Source: an uncultured cyanobacterium
GTDB taxonomy: Bacteria; Cyanobacteriota; Cyanobacteriia; CAKZMO01
Length of the DNA: 64,000 nt
Direction of reading: 5' to 3'
NCBI GenBank assembly: GCA_963719515.1
Contig: CAVRCJ010000016.1
Coordinates: forward strand, 1 to 64,000
Shown here piece after piece: positions 17,748 to 28,311 of the stretch. The stretch's first letter is position 1; each line of letters opens with the position of its first letter. The notes below the pieces were generated by a model, which saw only the letters and a list, made by a program, of their open reading frames with translations, searched no databases and had not been told where the DNA came from. The translations under genes were made by a program, and so were the position numbers.

Positions 17748-18935
17748 CTACGGTGGGGCAAGAGGCGATAGGGAACTAAGAGGCAGCGGGGCCAGAGATA
17801 GGGGAGCCAGAGGCGACAGACCGGGTCGCAGGCTCGAGAGGCTAACCCCCGCCTTGAGCGCGGCCAGCACGCCTAGCGCTTCCACATACGATTCTACCGA
17901 TATTGCCGAGAGGCCTAAGGCCGCCGGAGACACCCGCATTCGCGTCGTATTTTCTCGGACAGTGATCAGGGTAGTCTGGCGACGCTCCCTTGGGGCTAAT
18001 CTTTGATTTTCGCTTAGGCTAAGCACGGCGCTGCCGCCGCAGGCCGATTCTGGGACGATGACGGCGTCGACGTCGCTGGCCCATACAGCACTCTGATGGC
18101 TGCGGAGGTCAGACAGAGGGCCTGAGGGCGGGCGAAGCTGACGGGCTGCGGGGAGAACAAATTGGGGGGCACGGCTCAGCCCCACGAGAACGCAGGGCAA
18201 AAACGTATAGCCCAGCTCTTCGGCGGCAGAACGGGGCGAGAGCTGGGGGTCAGGCGGCAGGGGCTGCAGCGCCGGGGCGTGGGCACAGGGCAGACCAAAG
18301 TGGTCTACCACGAGGTGAGAGATGACCGCTTCGGCCCCCGCCAGCGGATCCACGCCCTGGCCATGGCGATAGTTCTGCAGGGCGGCGCTATCCTCATCGT
18401 CAGGAAAGCGGGCCACTACGGCGATCGCCTCTGCCCCCGCCTGGTTCACCAGGGCGTCTACGCCCCTCAGCAGACTGTCGGGCCGCTCGACTGTGCCCCA
18501 GGTGGCTCCCGACGCGGCGGTTTTGAGGGTGACCCCTAGCGGCGCATCGGTAGTGACGTATTCCGTTAGCTCCAGCCCCAGGGTGGCGCGGGTGGCGTCA
18601 GCGGCCTGCAGGTGGCGCAGCCGCAGCTCCGGCTCAATAGCCGCATCGAGGAGCAGCCCCACGCGGTTTTGCCGCACCGGCTGCAGTCCCCAGTCCCCCG
18701 CAGCAAACCGGTCGAGGCCGTAGCCTTCCACATAGAGCACGTTGTCTAAGGGCCAGTAGAGCTGAGCGCCGTTGAGGACGTTGGGGTGGGTGATGAGGCG
18801 GTCTGAGAGGTGAGCTACCGCTTTGGCTACCGGGAGGGCATCCCCAGCGTAGCCCCCGACGGCGGCCCCAACCCCTGTGGGAATAACCAGCACTGTGGTG
18901 AAGGGGGCGCTATGCACGGCGAATGACGGCCTCAA
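17748..18935 (-). CDS. DUF3326 family protein
   Basis: IPTGVGAAVGGYAGDA, ITHPNVLNGA, GAEAVISH; start uncertain. Confidence 0.85.
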   Translation of the reverse strand: MRPSFAVHSAPFTTVLVIPTGVGAAVGGYAGDALPVAKAVAHLSDRLITHPNVLNGAQLYWPLDNVLYVEGYGLDRFAAGDWGLQPVRQNRVGLLLDAAIEPELRLRHLQAADATRATLGLELTEYVTTDAPLGVTLKTAASGATWGTVERPDSLLRGVDALVNQAGAEAIAVVARFPDDEDSAALQNYRHGQGVDPLAGAEAVISHLVVDHFGLPCAHAPALQPLPPDPQLSPRSAAEELGYTFLPCVLVGLSRAPQFVLPAARQLRPPSGPLSDLRSHQSAVWASDVDAVIVPESACGGSAVLSLSENQRLAPRERRQTTLITVRENTTRMRVSPAALGLSAISVESYVEALGVLAALKAGVSLSSLRPGLSPLAPLSLAPLPLSSLSPLAPP

Positions 18936-19094
18936 CCACTGCCGCCCCCCCGTCTGTCGTGGTGATGGCCCAGCGCAGCGGGTGGCCCTGCAGCAGCAGC
19001 GCCCGCTCCACGCGATCGCGCAGTGTCGCGGGTGGCGCTAGCGGGACTTGGAGGGTAATGAACTGAAGCGCTGTTGACTGCACGCCGCTCGTCC

Positions 19095-19418
19095 CTACTG
19101 TTGGAACTGGCCAAACTGGAGGTGATAGACCTCGTCTTCCTTTTCTGACTCAATTTTGAGGTTTGATTTTGGGTAGGCGCTGCACAGCAGCACGTAGCCC
19201 TGATCCTGCAGGTCGCGGCTGATGCCGGCGGCGTCGCTCTGGTCGACGTCGCCCTCTGTGACTCGGGCTGCGCAGGTTGTGCAGACTCCGGCGCTACAGG
19301 AGTACGGCAGCTCAACACCGCTCTCCAGCGCCACCTCAAGAATATTACGATCGCCGGGAACTGACAGGGTGTGAGCGGTGCCTTGGTGTTGGATTTCGAC
19401 CTGGTAGGTATCAGCCAT
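19095..19418 (-). CDS. 2Fe-2S plant-type ferredoxin
   Basis: LPYSCSAGVCTTCAA..LLC. Confidence 0.93.
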   Translation of the reverse strand: MADTYQVEIQHQGTAHTLSVPGDRNILEVALESGVELPYSCSAGVCTTCAARVTEGDVDQSDAAGISRDLQDQGYVLLCSAYPKSNLKIESEKEDEVYHLQFGQFQQ

Positions 19419-19498
19419 GGGTTTTATAAAAGCAGGTAGCGTCTAATGCTGGACTCCAGAAATAGCTTCTGGGCCTGTCGTAGACCGCTATTCTACCG

Positions 19499-20479
19499 TT
19501 ACTCTAGCCCCAGTTCACGCTTAAGCAGGTTGACCGACTTGGTGCCGATGTAGTTTTCGCAACAGAGGATCTGCGGGGCGCGAATCAGTTCTTCCCTGAC
19601 GGCCTGAATGGCGTCTTTCACCCGCTCGTGGCTGGCCTGATCGCAGATAATGGTTTGGGCGGCCCGCACAATAGCGTTGAGCTTGAACTCGTCGTCGGCT
19701 TTTGCGGTCAGCACTAAAAGCTCGTCCCCCATTAGACTGTGAACGATCACCTCCGCTGCCCGTAAAATGCCAGAGCTGAGGCTCACCATGCCAATGGAGC
19801 TGCCGTCTGAGAGTTTAGTAATCACCTGCAGCTCTTTACTGTAGTCGTAGATGTCGACGGGGATGACGCGCACCGACTTGGGCTCAGCGATCGCTTTCGC
19901 TTCTCCGATAAAATAGCGAGTGGTGACTACCGTACCCGAGCGGGTTTGGTCTAGCACATCTCCCAGTTCTTCGAGGGGCACCAGCTGCACCGGAATCCGC
20001 AGCGCCTTCTCTAGCTCTTGAACGATCAGCTCTCCAGCGCCGATGTCCCCCTGGGGAGCCGTCACGAGGACTCGGGCGCTACAGCGCAGCCGCCAGTCGA
20101 TTTCAGAGAGAAACAGCTCCCGAGCCTGGGTGAGAGAGCAGCCCTGATTGAGCAGCTCGTCGAGGCTCTTTTGCACCAGCTGGTGAGATTCTGGAAACTG
20201 GTCAAATAGGGGGGAGTGAGGCGAATTGCCCTCGTCAATCTGGGCTCTCACGTAGATCCCAGACCCGGCCTGAGCGTTGACAATACCCAAGTCCTCTAGC
20301 TGCCGGTAAACCTTACTGATGGTGTTGCGATGTAGCCCGGTTTGCATGGCCAACTGGCGGGTGCTGGGCAAACGATGTCCAGGTGGAAACTGGCGGGAGG
20401 CGATCGCAAATCGAATCTGATTGAAAAGCTGCGTGGAGGCAGGAATTTCGCTGTCAGACTGAATGTGAAACTGAACCAT
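19499..20479 (-). CDS. plmA: GntR-family regulator, PlmA subfamily
   Basis: MVQFHIQSDSEIPASTQLFNQIRFAIASRQFPPGHRLPSTRQLAMQTGLHRNTISKVY. Confidence 0.88.
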   Translation of the reverse strand: MVQFHIQSDSEIPASTQLFNQIRFAIASRQFPPGHRLPSTRQLAMQTGLHRNTISKVYRQLEDLGIVNAQAGSGIYVRAQIDEGNSPHSPLFDQFPESHQLVQKSLDELLNQGCSLTQARELFLSEIDWRLRCSARVLVTAPQGDIGAGELIVQELEKALRIPVQLVPLEELGDVLDQTRSGTVVTTRYFIGEAKAIAEPKSVRVIPVDIYDYSKELQVITKLSDGSSIGMVSLSSGILRAAEVIVHSLMGDELLVLTAKADDEFKLNAIVRAAQTIICDQASHERVKDAIQAVREELIRAPQILCCENYIGTKSVNLLKRELGLE

Positions 20480-20856
20480 GATAAATCCTCCAAAGCCCTC
20501 TAAAATCTTGAAGTTGGTGGGGACAGCTATATCCTTGTCTAGGATAGGCTCAGCTCCCAAAATTAAATGGCAGTACTAGGCTTCGGCCCACGTTTGGCCC
20601 GTGAACAGGGACATCGCCCCACTGCACTGCACTGTTCATACGGCCCTAGGCTGAACCATTCTATGTTCTGAAACACCCCATCTGAACCGCCTCAAGATCA
20701 AGCGCGATGGCAGACAGGCCAACGTAGCCAGTGTTCCTTGCCCCTATGCTACAGAAAAATTGCCAACACCAACAATTACCTGACTGGGGTATTTTGTCGG
20801 CTGTTTGCCAATCGTAAAGATTCTCTGAGTGTTTTCGTCGACGCTAGCATAGCTCT

Positions 20857-21666
20857 ATGGCCCTCGCCAGCACCCCCCTTAAAGCAAACAGCCCTATTAG
20901 AGCAAACGGCCCTATATCATCCCCTATGGCACCTCCTCACATCCAAACTCAGTCCGTCAATCTAATGAGTGGTGATAGTTCCATTGCGGCCTACTGGGCC
21001 GCGCCCGCTGCCCAGCCCCGAGGGGGTGTCGTTGTGCTGCAGGAGATCTTTGGCGTTAACGCGCATATTCGAGACATCACGGAGCGCTTTGCCCGAGCGG
21101 GATACTTGGCGATCGCCCCGGCTCTCTATCACCGTCAGGCCCCTGGATTTGAAGCGGGCTACGGGCCGGAAGACATTCAGGTCGGGCGGGAGTATAAGGG
21201 GCGTACCCAGGCCGACGAGCTGCTGCAGGATGTGCAGGCCGCCGTAAGCCATCTTAAAGATCAGCTTGAGGACCAAAAAGTGGGCTGCATTGGGTTCTGC
21301 TTTGGTGGCCATGTGGCCTACCTGGCGGCCACCCTCCCCGACGTGGCGGCGACGGCATCGTTCTATGGCGCTGGGATTGCCACTTGGTGCCCTGGCAATG
21401 GCCCAGATCACCAGACCACCCTCGCCCGCACTCCCCAGATCTCGGGGGAGCTGTACGGCTTTTTTGGCACAGAAGACGCCAGCATTCCCGTCGCCGAGGT
21501 GGACCAAATTGAAGCAGCGCTGCAGCGCGCTGGCGTTTCGCACCAGCTCTTTCGCTACGACGGCGCTGGGCACGGTTTTTTCTGCGATCGCAGGCAGAGC
21601 TATCACCCTGAGGCAGCAGCAGACGCTTGGTCAAAAGCGCTGACGCTGTTTGAGCGGGCGCTGTGA
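20857..21666 (+). CDS. Dienelactone hydrolase family protein
   Basis: QEIFGVN, GFCFGG, GHGFFCD; the true start may be downstream. Confidence 0.9.
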   Translation: MALASTPLKANSPIRANGPISSPMAPPHIQTQSVNLMSGDSSIAAYWAAPAAQPRGGVVVLQEIFGVNAHIRDITERFARAGYLAIAPALYHRQAPGFEAGYGPEDIQVGREYKGRTQADELLQDVQAAVSHLKDQLEDQKVGCIGFCFGGHVAYLAATLPDVAATASFYGAGIATWCPGNGPDHQTTLARTPQISGELYGFFGTEDASIPVAEVDQIEAALQRAGVSHQLFRYDGAGHGFFCDRRQSYHPEAAADAWSKALTLFERAL

Positions 21667-21889
21667 TGAAGGCCGACAAGAGCCCTTTGAGCAGCTCACC
21701 CCGGCTAAACCGGCTAGAGCCAGAGCCCTTGCTCAGTCGTCACCTTACTTAATACTCAACGCTTAGAGAATTGATTATATTGAGAACGTTCTCGGTATTT
21801 TGGACGCTCTGTACCCTATTGTTTTATGCTAATAACTTCATCCGCTTCCTAATACTGTCCGACCTAGAAACGCTACTAGGGGGTTTAAC

Positions 21890-22759
21890 TTGTCCTTTTC
21901 GTCCGATGATTTTGCAAAAGCTCTAGAGCAGCACGATTCCTCTCAACAACGGGGCGATGTTGTTCACGGCACCGTTTATAGTCACGAAGCAGATGGCATC
22001 TACGTCGATATTGGCGGCAAAGCGACGGCCTACCTGCCCAAAGACGAAGCGGCGCTCAAAGCTGGAGCAAATTTGGCAGAGATTTTGCCCGTCGGCGAAG
22101 CGCGAGACTTTTTAATTATTAAGGAGCAAAACGCCGACGGGCAGGTGACCTTATCGGTGCGGCAGCTGGAAATTCAGCGCCTGTGGGACCGCTTTAACGC
22201 TATTTTAGACACCGAAGAAACCATTGACGTGCGGGTGAGCGGCGTCAATAAGGGCGGGGTAACGGTCAACGCTCAGGGTGTGCGGGGCTTCATTCCGCGA
22301 TCGCATCTGATTGAGCGCCATGATCTCGATGCTTTGGTGGGCAACCTGATGACGGTGAGCGTGCTGGAGGTCGAGCCGGAGCGGCGGCGGCTCGTGCTCT
22401 CTCAGCGGCTGGCACGACAGGCAGCGAGCCTCAGTCAACTGGAGGTGGGGCAGCTAGTGGAAGGCAAGGTGTCCGGCGTTAAGCCTTTTGGGGTTTTCAT
22501 CGACTTCGACGGCGTGACGGGACTGCTGCACATTAACCAAGTGAGCAAGAATTTCGTTTCCTCTTTAGACGAGCTTTTTGAGGCGGGCAAGCCCATTCGG
22601 GCGATGATCATCGCCCTAGATGAGTCGAAGCGGCGGGTGTCGCTGTCGACCAAGGTGCTAGAAAATCACCCCGGTGAAATGCTAGAGAGCCTAGACACCG
22701 TCATGGATGAAGCCCATGACCGAGCCTCACGTGCGCGTAACGTCCTAACTCAAGAGTAA
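21890..22759 (+). CDS. 30S ribosomal protein S1 homolog (three S1 domains)
   Basis: FSSDDFAKAL, GFIPRSHL, GLLHINQVS; TTG start. Confidence 0.88.
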   Translation: MSFSSDDFAKALEQHDSSQQRGDVVHGTVYSHEADGIYVDIGGKATAYLPKDEAALKAGANLAEILPVGEARDFLIIKEQNADGQVTLSVRQLEIQRLWDRFNAILDTEETIDVRVSGVNKGGVTVNAQGVRGFIPRSHLIERHDLDALVGNLMTVSVLEVEPERRRLVLSQRLARQAASLSQLEVGQLVEGKVSGVKPFGVFIDFDGVTGLLHINQVSKNFVSSLDELFEAGKPIRAMIIALDESKRRVSLSTKVLENHPGEMLESLDTVMDEAHDRASRARNVLTQE

Positions 22760-22770
22760 GAAGGCGTCCG

Positions 22771-24393
22771 ATGGCCGCTGACCCCCCGATCCGCGCTGCC
22801 TCTCGTTCGCTGCGCCAGCCGTGGCTGCGATATTTCGCGGCAATTTTGCTGGTGCTAGGGATCTTCTTTCGGGTTTATCAGCTGGATGGCAAGGTCTACT
22901 GGCACGACGAAACAATGACCTCGCTGCGCATCTCGGGCTACACACAGTCCCAGTTCATCGAGCAGGTTTACACCGGTCAAACCCTCAGCGCAGACGCGCT
23001 GCTAGAGCGCTACCAGTACCCCAATACTGAGCGGGGCTGGGGCGAGACCTGGCAGGCCCTGGCAAAACACCCAGAGCATTCCCCGGCCTACTATGTACTG
23101 GCCCGTCTGTGGCTGCAGGTGATGCCCCATTCGGTGACGGCGGCGCGGCTGCTTCCGGCCCTCATTGGCCTGCTTACGATTCCCGCAATGTTTTGGCTCA
23201 CCCAAACCCTGTTTCAATCGCCTGTCGTGGCTTGGGTAACAACGGCTCTGTTTGCCGTGTCGCCATTCCAGGTGCTCTATTCTCAGGAGGCCCGCGAGTA
23301 TAGCCTGTGGACCCTAGCGATTCTGGGGAGCAGCGCTCTGCTGCTGAGGGCGCAGCGGTGGCGGGGCTGGACCGGGTATGGCCTCTGTGCCGCTGCTGCG
23401 CTTTACGTCCATCCCTTTTCGGCCTTTGTGCTGGCAAGCCATGGGCTCTACGTGATGCTCACCCGCAAGCGGCGAGACTGGTTAGGGTTTCTGGGGGCGA
23501 TCGCCCTAGCAGTGCTGCTATTCGCGCCGTGGCTGGCGGTAGTAATACAAAATTTTGATCGGTTCACGGGTAACACTGCTTCGGTGAACGCCAACCGGGC
23601 AGGAGAAATGCCGCTCTTTTGGCTGCTCAATCTCAGCCGGGTGTTTGTCGACCTCAACCAGGGTCCCAGCGCCATCAACCCCATTCACTATTTGCTGGCG
23701 GCTCTAGCGATCGCGGCCCTGATTGATCTGTGTCGCCGCGAGCCGCGCCGCCGCTGGGCATTTGTGATTACCCTGGTGGGGGTCTTGGGGCTGGCGCTCA
23801 TTGGCCCAGACGTGCTGCTAGGGGGAAGGCGGTCTAGCATTACCCGCTATGCGGTGCCCGTGTACCTGGGGCTGCAGATTGCTGTGGGGCATTTCTTAGC
23901 GCAGCGAGTGACATCGGTCTCGCAGTCCCCCCAGGCGCTACAGTCCTCCCAGCCGCCGCGCCGCAATCCCTGGCGAGGGGTGGCGATCGCTTTGGCCTTG
24001 GGGGGTATCCTCTCCTGCGCCGTGAATTCTCAGGTGCCGGTATGGTGGCATAAAAGCTACGCGAAGAGCCGCCGTATTCCTGACGTAGCCCAAGTGATCA
24101 ACGCCAGCGATCGCCCCTTTGTGGTGAGCGATCGCCAACCAGCAGGCCGCGTCTTGACCTTGACCCATCTGCTGCGACCAGAGGCTCAGCTGCAGCTGGT
24201 GCAGACACCGAGGCAGATCGATCTGCCCGCTGAACCGACGGACCTAGCGGTATTCTTGCCGAGTCGGCGGCTAGAGCGGCGGCTGACTCGGCTGCTGGGG
24301 CGACAGGGAAGGAGATTAGAGCCGGTAAACTTTAAGGCCCGGGAGGATGAGCCCTGGCTTTTGAAAGAGATAAGGCTACCCCCAGAGAACTGA
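22771..24393 (+). CDS. Glycosyltransferase family 39 (GT-C) membrane protein
   Basis: YWHDE, HSPAYY, YSQEAREYSL, many TM helices. Confidence 0.85.
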   Translation: MAADPPIRAASRSLRQPWLRYFAAILLVLGIFFRVYQLDGKVYWHDETMTSLRISGYTQSQFIEQVYTGQTLSADALLERYQYPNTERGWGETWQALAKHPEHSPAYYVLARLWLQVMPHSVTAARLLPALIGLLTIPAMFWLTQTLFQSPVVAWVTTALFAVSPFQVLYSQEAREYSLWTLAILGSSALLLRAQRWRGWTGYGLCAAAALYVHPFSAFVLASHGLYVMLTRKRRDWLGFLGAIALAVLLFAPWLAVVIQNFDRFTGNTASVNANRAGEMPLFWLLNLSRVFVDLNQGPSAINPIHYLLAALAIAALIDLCRREPRRRWAFVITLVGVLGLALIGPDVLLGGRRSSITRYAVPVYLGLQIAVGHFLAQRVTSVSQSPQALQSSQPPRRNPWRGVAIALALGGILSCAVNSQVPVWWHKSYAKSRRIPDVAQVINASDRPFVVSDRQPAGRVLTLTHLLRPEAQLQLVQTPRQIDLPAEPTDLAVFLPSRRLERRLTRLLGRQGRRLEPVNFKAREDEPWLLKEIRLPPEN

Positions 24394-24396
24394 CCC

Positions 24397-25712
24397 CTTA
24401 GTGGTGCAGAAATCTCATAAGAGGCTTAAGCGGACTCATCATGAGAAGACGACCACCCTTGAGAACTCAATTTGGCAGTCTAAAGCGGCTCGCTTGCGCC
24501 TCGAGGCACAGGCTTTAGGTGGACTTTGGGGCGGCAGGGCAATCAGCGTTGGCAGTAGCACTCGCCTGTAGCAGCACCGTCCTATATTTCTCAGACCAAG
24601 CTGCAGAAAACTCAGTCCCCTATCGCCATGCCAGTCGAGCTTTGAGCGTTGACCGCTCTGAACAAGGATCATGCCAACAATCAGCGCAATCAGATAGGCC
24701 GTGTCCAACAGCATGAATAGACACGTCAGGGCTTGAGCATCCCTTAGACCGGAAGCGACAACATTGAAGGCCGCCGACTTGTAGTCTTTGAAGTGCGGCT
24801 CTATGCCGCCAAAGCGCTTGCCGTAGAGCGCGAAGGTTTGCAGGGAGGGGGGCGTGCTTGATAGAACCGCCCAGGGCTCGCTGGCGTTGGGAAGGTGGCC
24901 TGTGACGAGGTGTGCCTCAATGTCCTCTAAGACAGTGACATTGTGTAATAGATAAGCTTGCTGCTCTGGGGGGAATAGATATTGCACCGAACGAGTCGCT
25001 CCAGTAGCAAGGCGGACCTGCATGTCACACTTGACCCGAACCGCCCACTGCCACTGGCACTCCTCGAGCCAGACCAGCAGTTCTCTGTGGGCAAAGCCTC
25101 GGTCAGCCAACAGCGTCACCCCGCAACCGGAGGGCACCAGCGCTTTGGCTGCCTCAAGAACGGGTTTGTAGTCCTTGAAGGCGACACTAGCACTCTTGTG
25201 CTCTAGCACCACCTGAGCCAAGGCAAACGAGCGCCCACCCCACACCAGACAGACTTCCACCAAACAGAACTGCTCCCACAGCATGCTGGTGTCTAAAGTT
25301 AGGGTAATCTCGCTGCCGTCAAATGCTTGCAGAGCATGGCGTAGGAGCGGTACGTAGAAGCGCTCAGCGCTGATGTGCTGGTTGTGAACCAAGTAGCTTA
25401 GGCGCTCCATGTGTGCTCTAGCCTCGCAGTTTCGATGGCTCAGGTAGGTGACCCATTTCCCCAGACAGGCGCTTTGAGATTGCAGGATAGCAGCGACTGC
25501 TTCTGCAACGCCTTGCAGGTGACGCTCGTCTTTTGGGTTGACCCATTGACGTAGTTGGTCCATCAGCTGACGATAAAGCAGGGGTGTTTCCATTGATTTA
25601 GCTTTGAGTTGGGGAACTTAAGCTTCTCATGGAACACCCCTACCGTTAACCCCTGTCCTAGGCTGAGACTTTATGTATACCAATACTTTCAGGACTTCCC
25701 TGCACCACTAAG
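24397..25712 (-). mobile_element. IS4-family insertion sequence (1316 bp)
   Basis: 13-bp perfect terminal inverted repeats CTTAGTGGTGCAG; 10-bp target duplication GAACTGACCC (24387-24396, 25713-25722). Confidence 0.9.
24439..25593 (-). CDS. DDE transposase (IS4 family)
   Basis: TLDTS, LADRGF, YGKRFGGIEPHFKDYKS (YREK-like). Confidence 0.9.
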   Translation of the reverse strand: METPLLYRQLMDQLRQWVNPKDERHLQGVAEAVAAILQSQSACLGKWVTYLSHRNCEARAHMERLSYLVHNQHISAERFYVPLLRHALQAFDGSEITLTLDTSMLWEQFCLVEVCLVWGGRSFALAQVVLEHKSASVAFKDYKPVLEAAKALVPSGCGVTLLADRGFAHRELLVWLEECQWQWAVRVKCDMQVRLATGATRSVQYLFPPEQQAYLLHNVTVLEDIEAHLVTGHLPNASEPWAVLSSTPPSLQTFALYGKRFGGIEPHFKDYKSAAFNVVASGLRDAQALTCLFMLLDTAYLIALIVGMILVQSGQRSKLDWHGDRGLSFLQLGLRNIGRCCYRRVLLPTLIALPPQSPPKACASRRKRAALDCQIEFSRVVVFS

Positions 25713-25750
25713 GAACTGACCCACAGAGCGATAGAGGTCTACGGTACCCA

Positions 25751-26142
25751 GTGACATCCTCCCGACGCTGACAGCAAGCTGTACAGCGCGGGCTTCCTCA
25801 GTGACTCCCAGCTATTGCCGAGACATATCCTGAGATAGGTTTATACTCCGCCTGATGCCCCACGGCAGAGTTTTGAATTTTCATCTCCGCGAGGGAGGAT
25901 ACGCACTATGTGTCGCAGATACATTTGCAAACTGAGGAACGGGTGACTTGTAGCTTTCGCCTACGGGCCCGTCACACTCTTTGCGGGGTGCATCACCTTG
26001 CTATCTCTATCATACCAACTGCTAGCCTCAGCGCTGAGCGCACTATCCGCTGTGCATCATTTTGCGGGCGCACTTCGGCTAGCGCGACTCTCATCCCGAC
26101 GCTCACCCTGACGGGTAGAGCGCGGGGCTTCCTGTCTAGTAG
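25751..26142 (-). mobile_element. Non-autonomous IS605 derivative, 392 bp (copy B)
   Basis: About 3 substitutions from copy A; TTAG at 26143-26146; TCAC right end. Confidence 0.92.
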
Positions 26143-26204
26143 CTAAACTGGGAACTGCTAACGTCCTGCAGCCCTCGCCGCAGCAACGCCTCCATGACGC
26201 CTCT

Positions 26205-27944
26205 ATGTTAAATCGCCTACAGCGCTGGCTCACCACGCCCACCCAGTCTCAGCGGTGGCGCTATCTCTGGTTTGGCCTCAGCTGCTGCGCTCCTTTACTC
26301 TACGGAGCCCTGGCCCTGAAACAGGGATGGGGAGACGCCATCGTCCAGGATGACGCCCGGCAGTACCTGTTTTGGATGCAGCGGTTTAGCAACCCGTCCC
26401 TGTTTCAGGGCGATCCCATTGCTGATTACTTTCAGTCCGTCAGCCCCGTAGGCTACGTTGGGCTCTATCGCCTCGGCGCAGCCGTAGGTCTGGAGCCTTT
26501 TTTGCTCAACAAGCTGCTGCCCCCTGTCTTAGCGCTCGTCACCACCGGCTACTTTTTCTGGCTCACCCTAGAGATTTTGCCCGTGCCCTTCACCGGGTTC
26601 GCGGCAACGCTGCTGCTCAATCAGACCCTGTGGATGAAGGACGACGTCGTCTCCGCCACGCCGCGCGCCTTCGTCTATCCGCTATTTGTAGCCTCTCTCT
26701 ACGCCTGGGTGTCTTACCGCGCCCATCCCAAGCGATCGCTCACGCTAGCCACTTTGAGCTGCGGGGTGCCGCTGCTGCTGCTGGGGCTGTTTTACCCCCA
26801 GTACGTGCTGGTCATGAGCGGGGTACTCGTGCTGGGGCTGGTGCAGCGGCCCAGCGCGGCGGGCGGACGCTGGCGGCTGCAGCTGACGGAGCGAGACGCG
26901 GTGTTTTGTGGGGTGAGCTTGGGGATAGCGCTGGCGGTGGTGGCTTACTACAGCTTGACGGTGTCGGACTATGGCCCCACCATCACCGCCGAGCAGGCCC
27001 GCCAGCTGCCGGAGTTTTGGCCCGGTGGCCGCAACTTCTTTTTTAGCGACAATCTCTGGTGGTTTTACGTCTTGGGCGATCGCAGCGGGCTACTGCACGT
27101 GGGGCTGGTGCGTCCCGCGACGCTTTGTCTGGGGTTGGGGCTGCCGGCGCTGTGGCGGCGATCGCCCTTGCTCCGGGATAGCGCTCAGCAGGGCATTCTC
27201 TGGCGCATCTGGCTCGCGGGGTTTATCTGGTTCTTGGCCGCTCATCTGCTGCTGTTCCGGCTGCACCTTCCCAGCCGCTATATGGATCACACCTGGCGAT
27301 TCGTGATGGCGATCGCGGCTGCGCTGGTGGTAACTACTGCTGTGGATGCGCTGCTGCGGTGGGGGCAGCGGGCTCGTCGTCCTCTGGTGGCGGCGGGCGG
27401 CCTGTCGCTGATTGCTGGCCTACTGCTGGCCTATCCCGCCTTTGTGGAAGACTTTCCGCTTACCAAATACAAAGCCGGGCAATCGCCCCAGCTCTACCAG
27501 TTTTTTCGTGAGCAGCCTGCGGATATTCGCGTGGCTTCCCTGACCGAGGAGGCGAGCAACCTGCCCACCTTTGCCGCTCGCTCCGTTGTGGTCGCCCGAG
27601 AATACGCCATTCCCTATCATCTAGGCTACTACCTCCCCTTTCGAGAGCGGGCGATCGCCCTCACCAAGGCGCAGTACACCCCCGATCTGCGGGAGCTTCA
27701 GGCCGCAATTCGCCGTTACGATATTGATTTTTGGCTACTAGAGGGGAACGCTTTCGAGGCCGATTACGTCAGTAGAAGTTGGGTTGCCCAATATGAGGCT
27801 GAGCTCCAAGCTGCACTGACGCCCTTTCACGGTGGGGTCAAGCCCGCCCTAGCCGTCGCCGCCCCCCTATGTCGCCGTAAAGAGGTTCGGTCCCAGGTGA
27901 TTGACGCCGCCTGTGTGCTGAAGCTGTCTTTGCCACCCCAGTAA
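26205..27944 (+). CDS. Polytopic membrane protein, probably GT-C-fold glycosyltransferase-like
   Basis: Long ORF with many TM segments and a QDDARQ acidic motif after TM1; same strand as the upstream GT39 gene. Confidence 0.7.
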   Translation: MLNRLQRWLTTPTQSQRWRYLWFGLSCCAPLLYGALALKQGWGDAIVQDDARQYLFWMQRFSNPSLFQGDPIADYFQSVSPVGYVGLYRLGAAVGLEPFLLNKLLPPVLALVTTGYFFWLTLEILPVPFTGFAATLLLNQTLWMKDDVVSATPRAFVYPLFVASLYAWVSYRAHPKRSLTLATLSCGVPLLLLGLFYPQYVLVMSGVLVLGLVQRPSAAGGRWRLQLTERDAVFCGVSLGIALAVVAYYSLTVSDYGPTITAEQARQLPEFWPGGRNFFFSDNLWWFYVLGDRSGLLHVGLVRPATLCLGLGLPALWRRSPLLRDSAQQGILWRIWLAGFIWFLAAHLLLFRLHLPSRYMDHTWRFVMAIAAALVVTTAVDALLRWGQRARRPLVAAGGLSLIAGLLLAYPAFVEDFPLTKYKAGQSPQLYQFFREQPADIRVASLTEEASNLPTFAARSVVVAREYAIPYHLGYYLPFRERAIALTKAQYTPDLRELQAAIRRYDIDFWLLEGNAFEADYVSRSWVAQYEAELQAALTPFHGGVKPALAVAAPLCRRKEVRSQVIDAACVLKLSLPPQ

Positions 27945-28311
27945 ATAATGGCTGTGTCTCGGCGGTCCGCGAGTGAACTGTGGACTAGTCAAAGGCGCCC
28001 ACTCAAGCGGACTGTGGATGTCTTACTGCATATAACGCAGTCTACGAGCGTTCTTGACCCACTCTAGTGGGTGTTCTCAGTTGCTCACATTTTCTAAAAT
28101 GAGAGTTGCTGCAGCGGCTCGTCCTGATCTAATCGCTTTTGGGTTGCTTAATGTAAGTGAGGCCCTCGGAGAAGGTTCACCGAAACGGACTGAAATAATA
28201 CTGAGGCTCAAGCGTCAGCCTCGCTCTCGGGGCACTATATTTGGACGCCGTAGCAATATCTCCAGAAAAATTGGTATCGCGGATAATGGAGCTAGGTAAG
28301 CGGGTAAGGAA

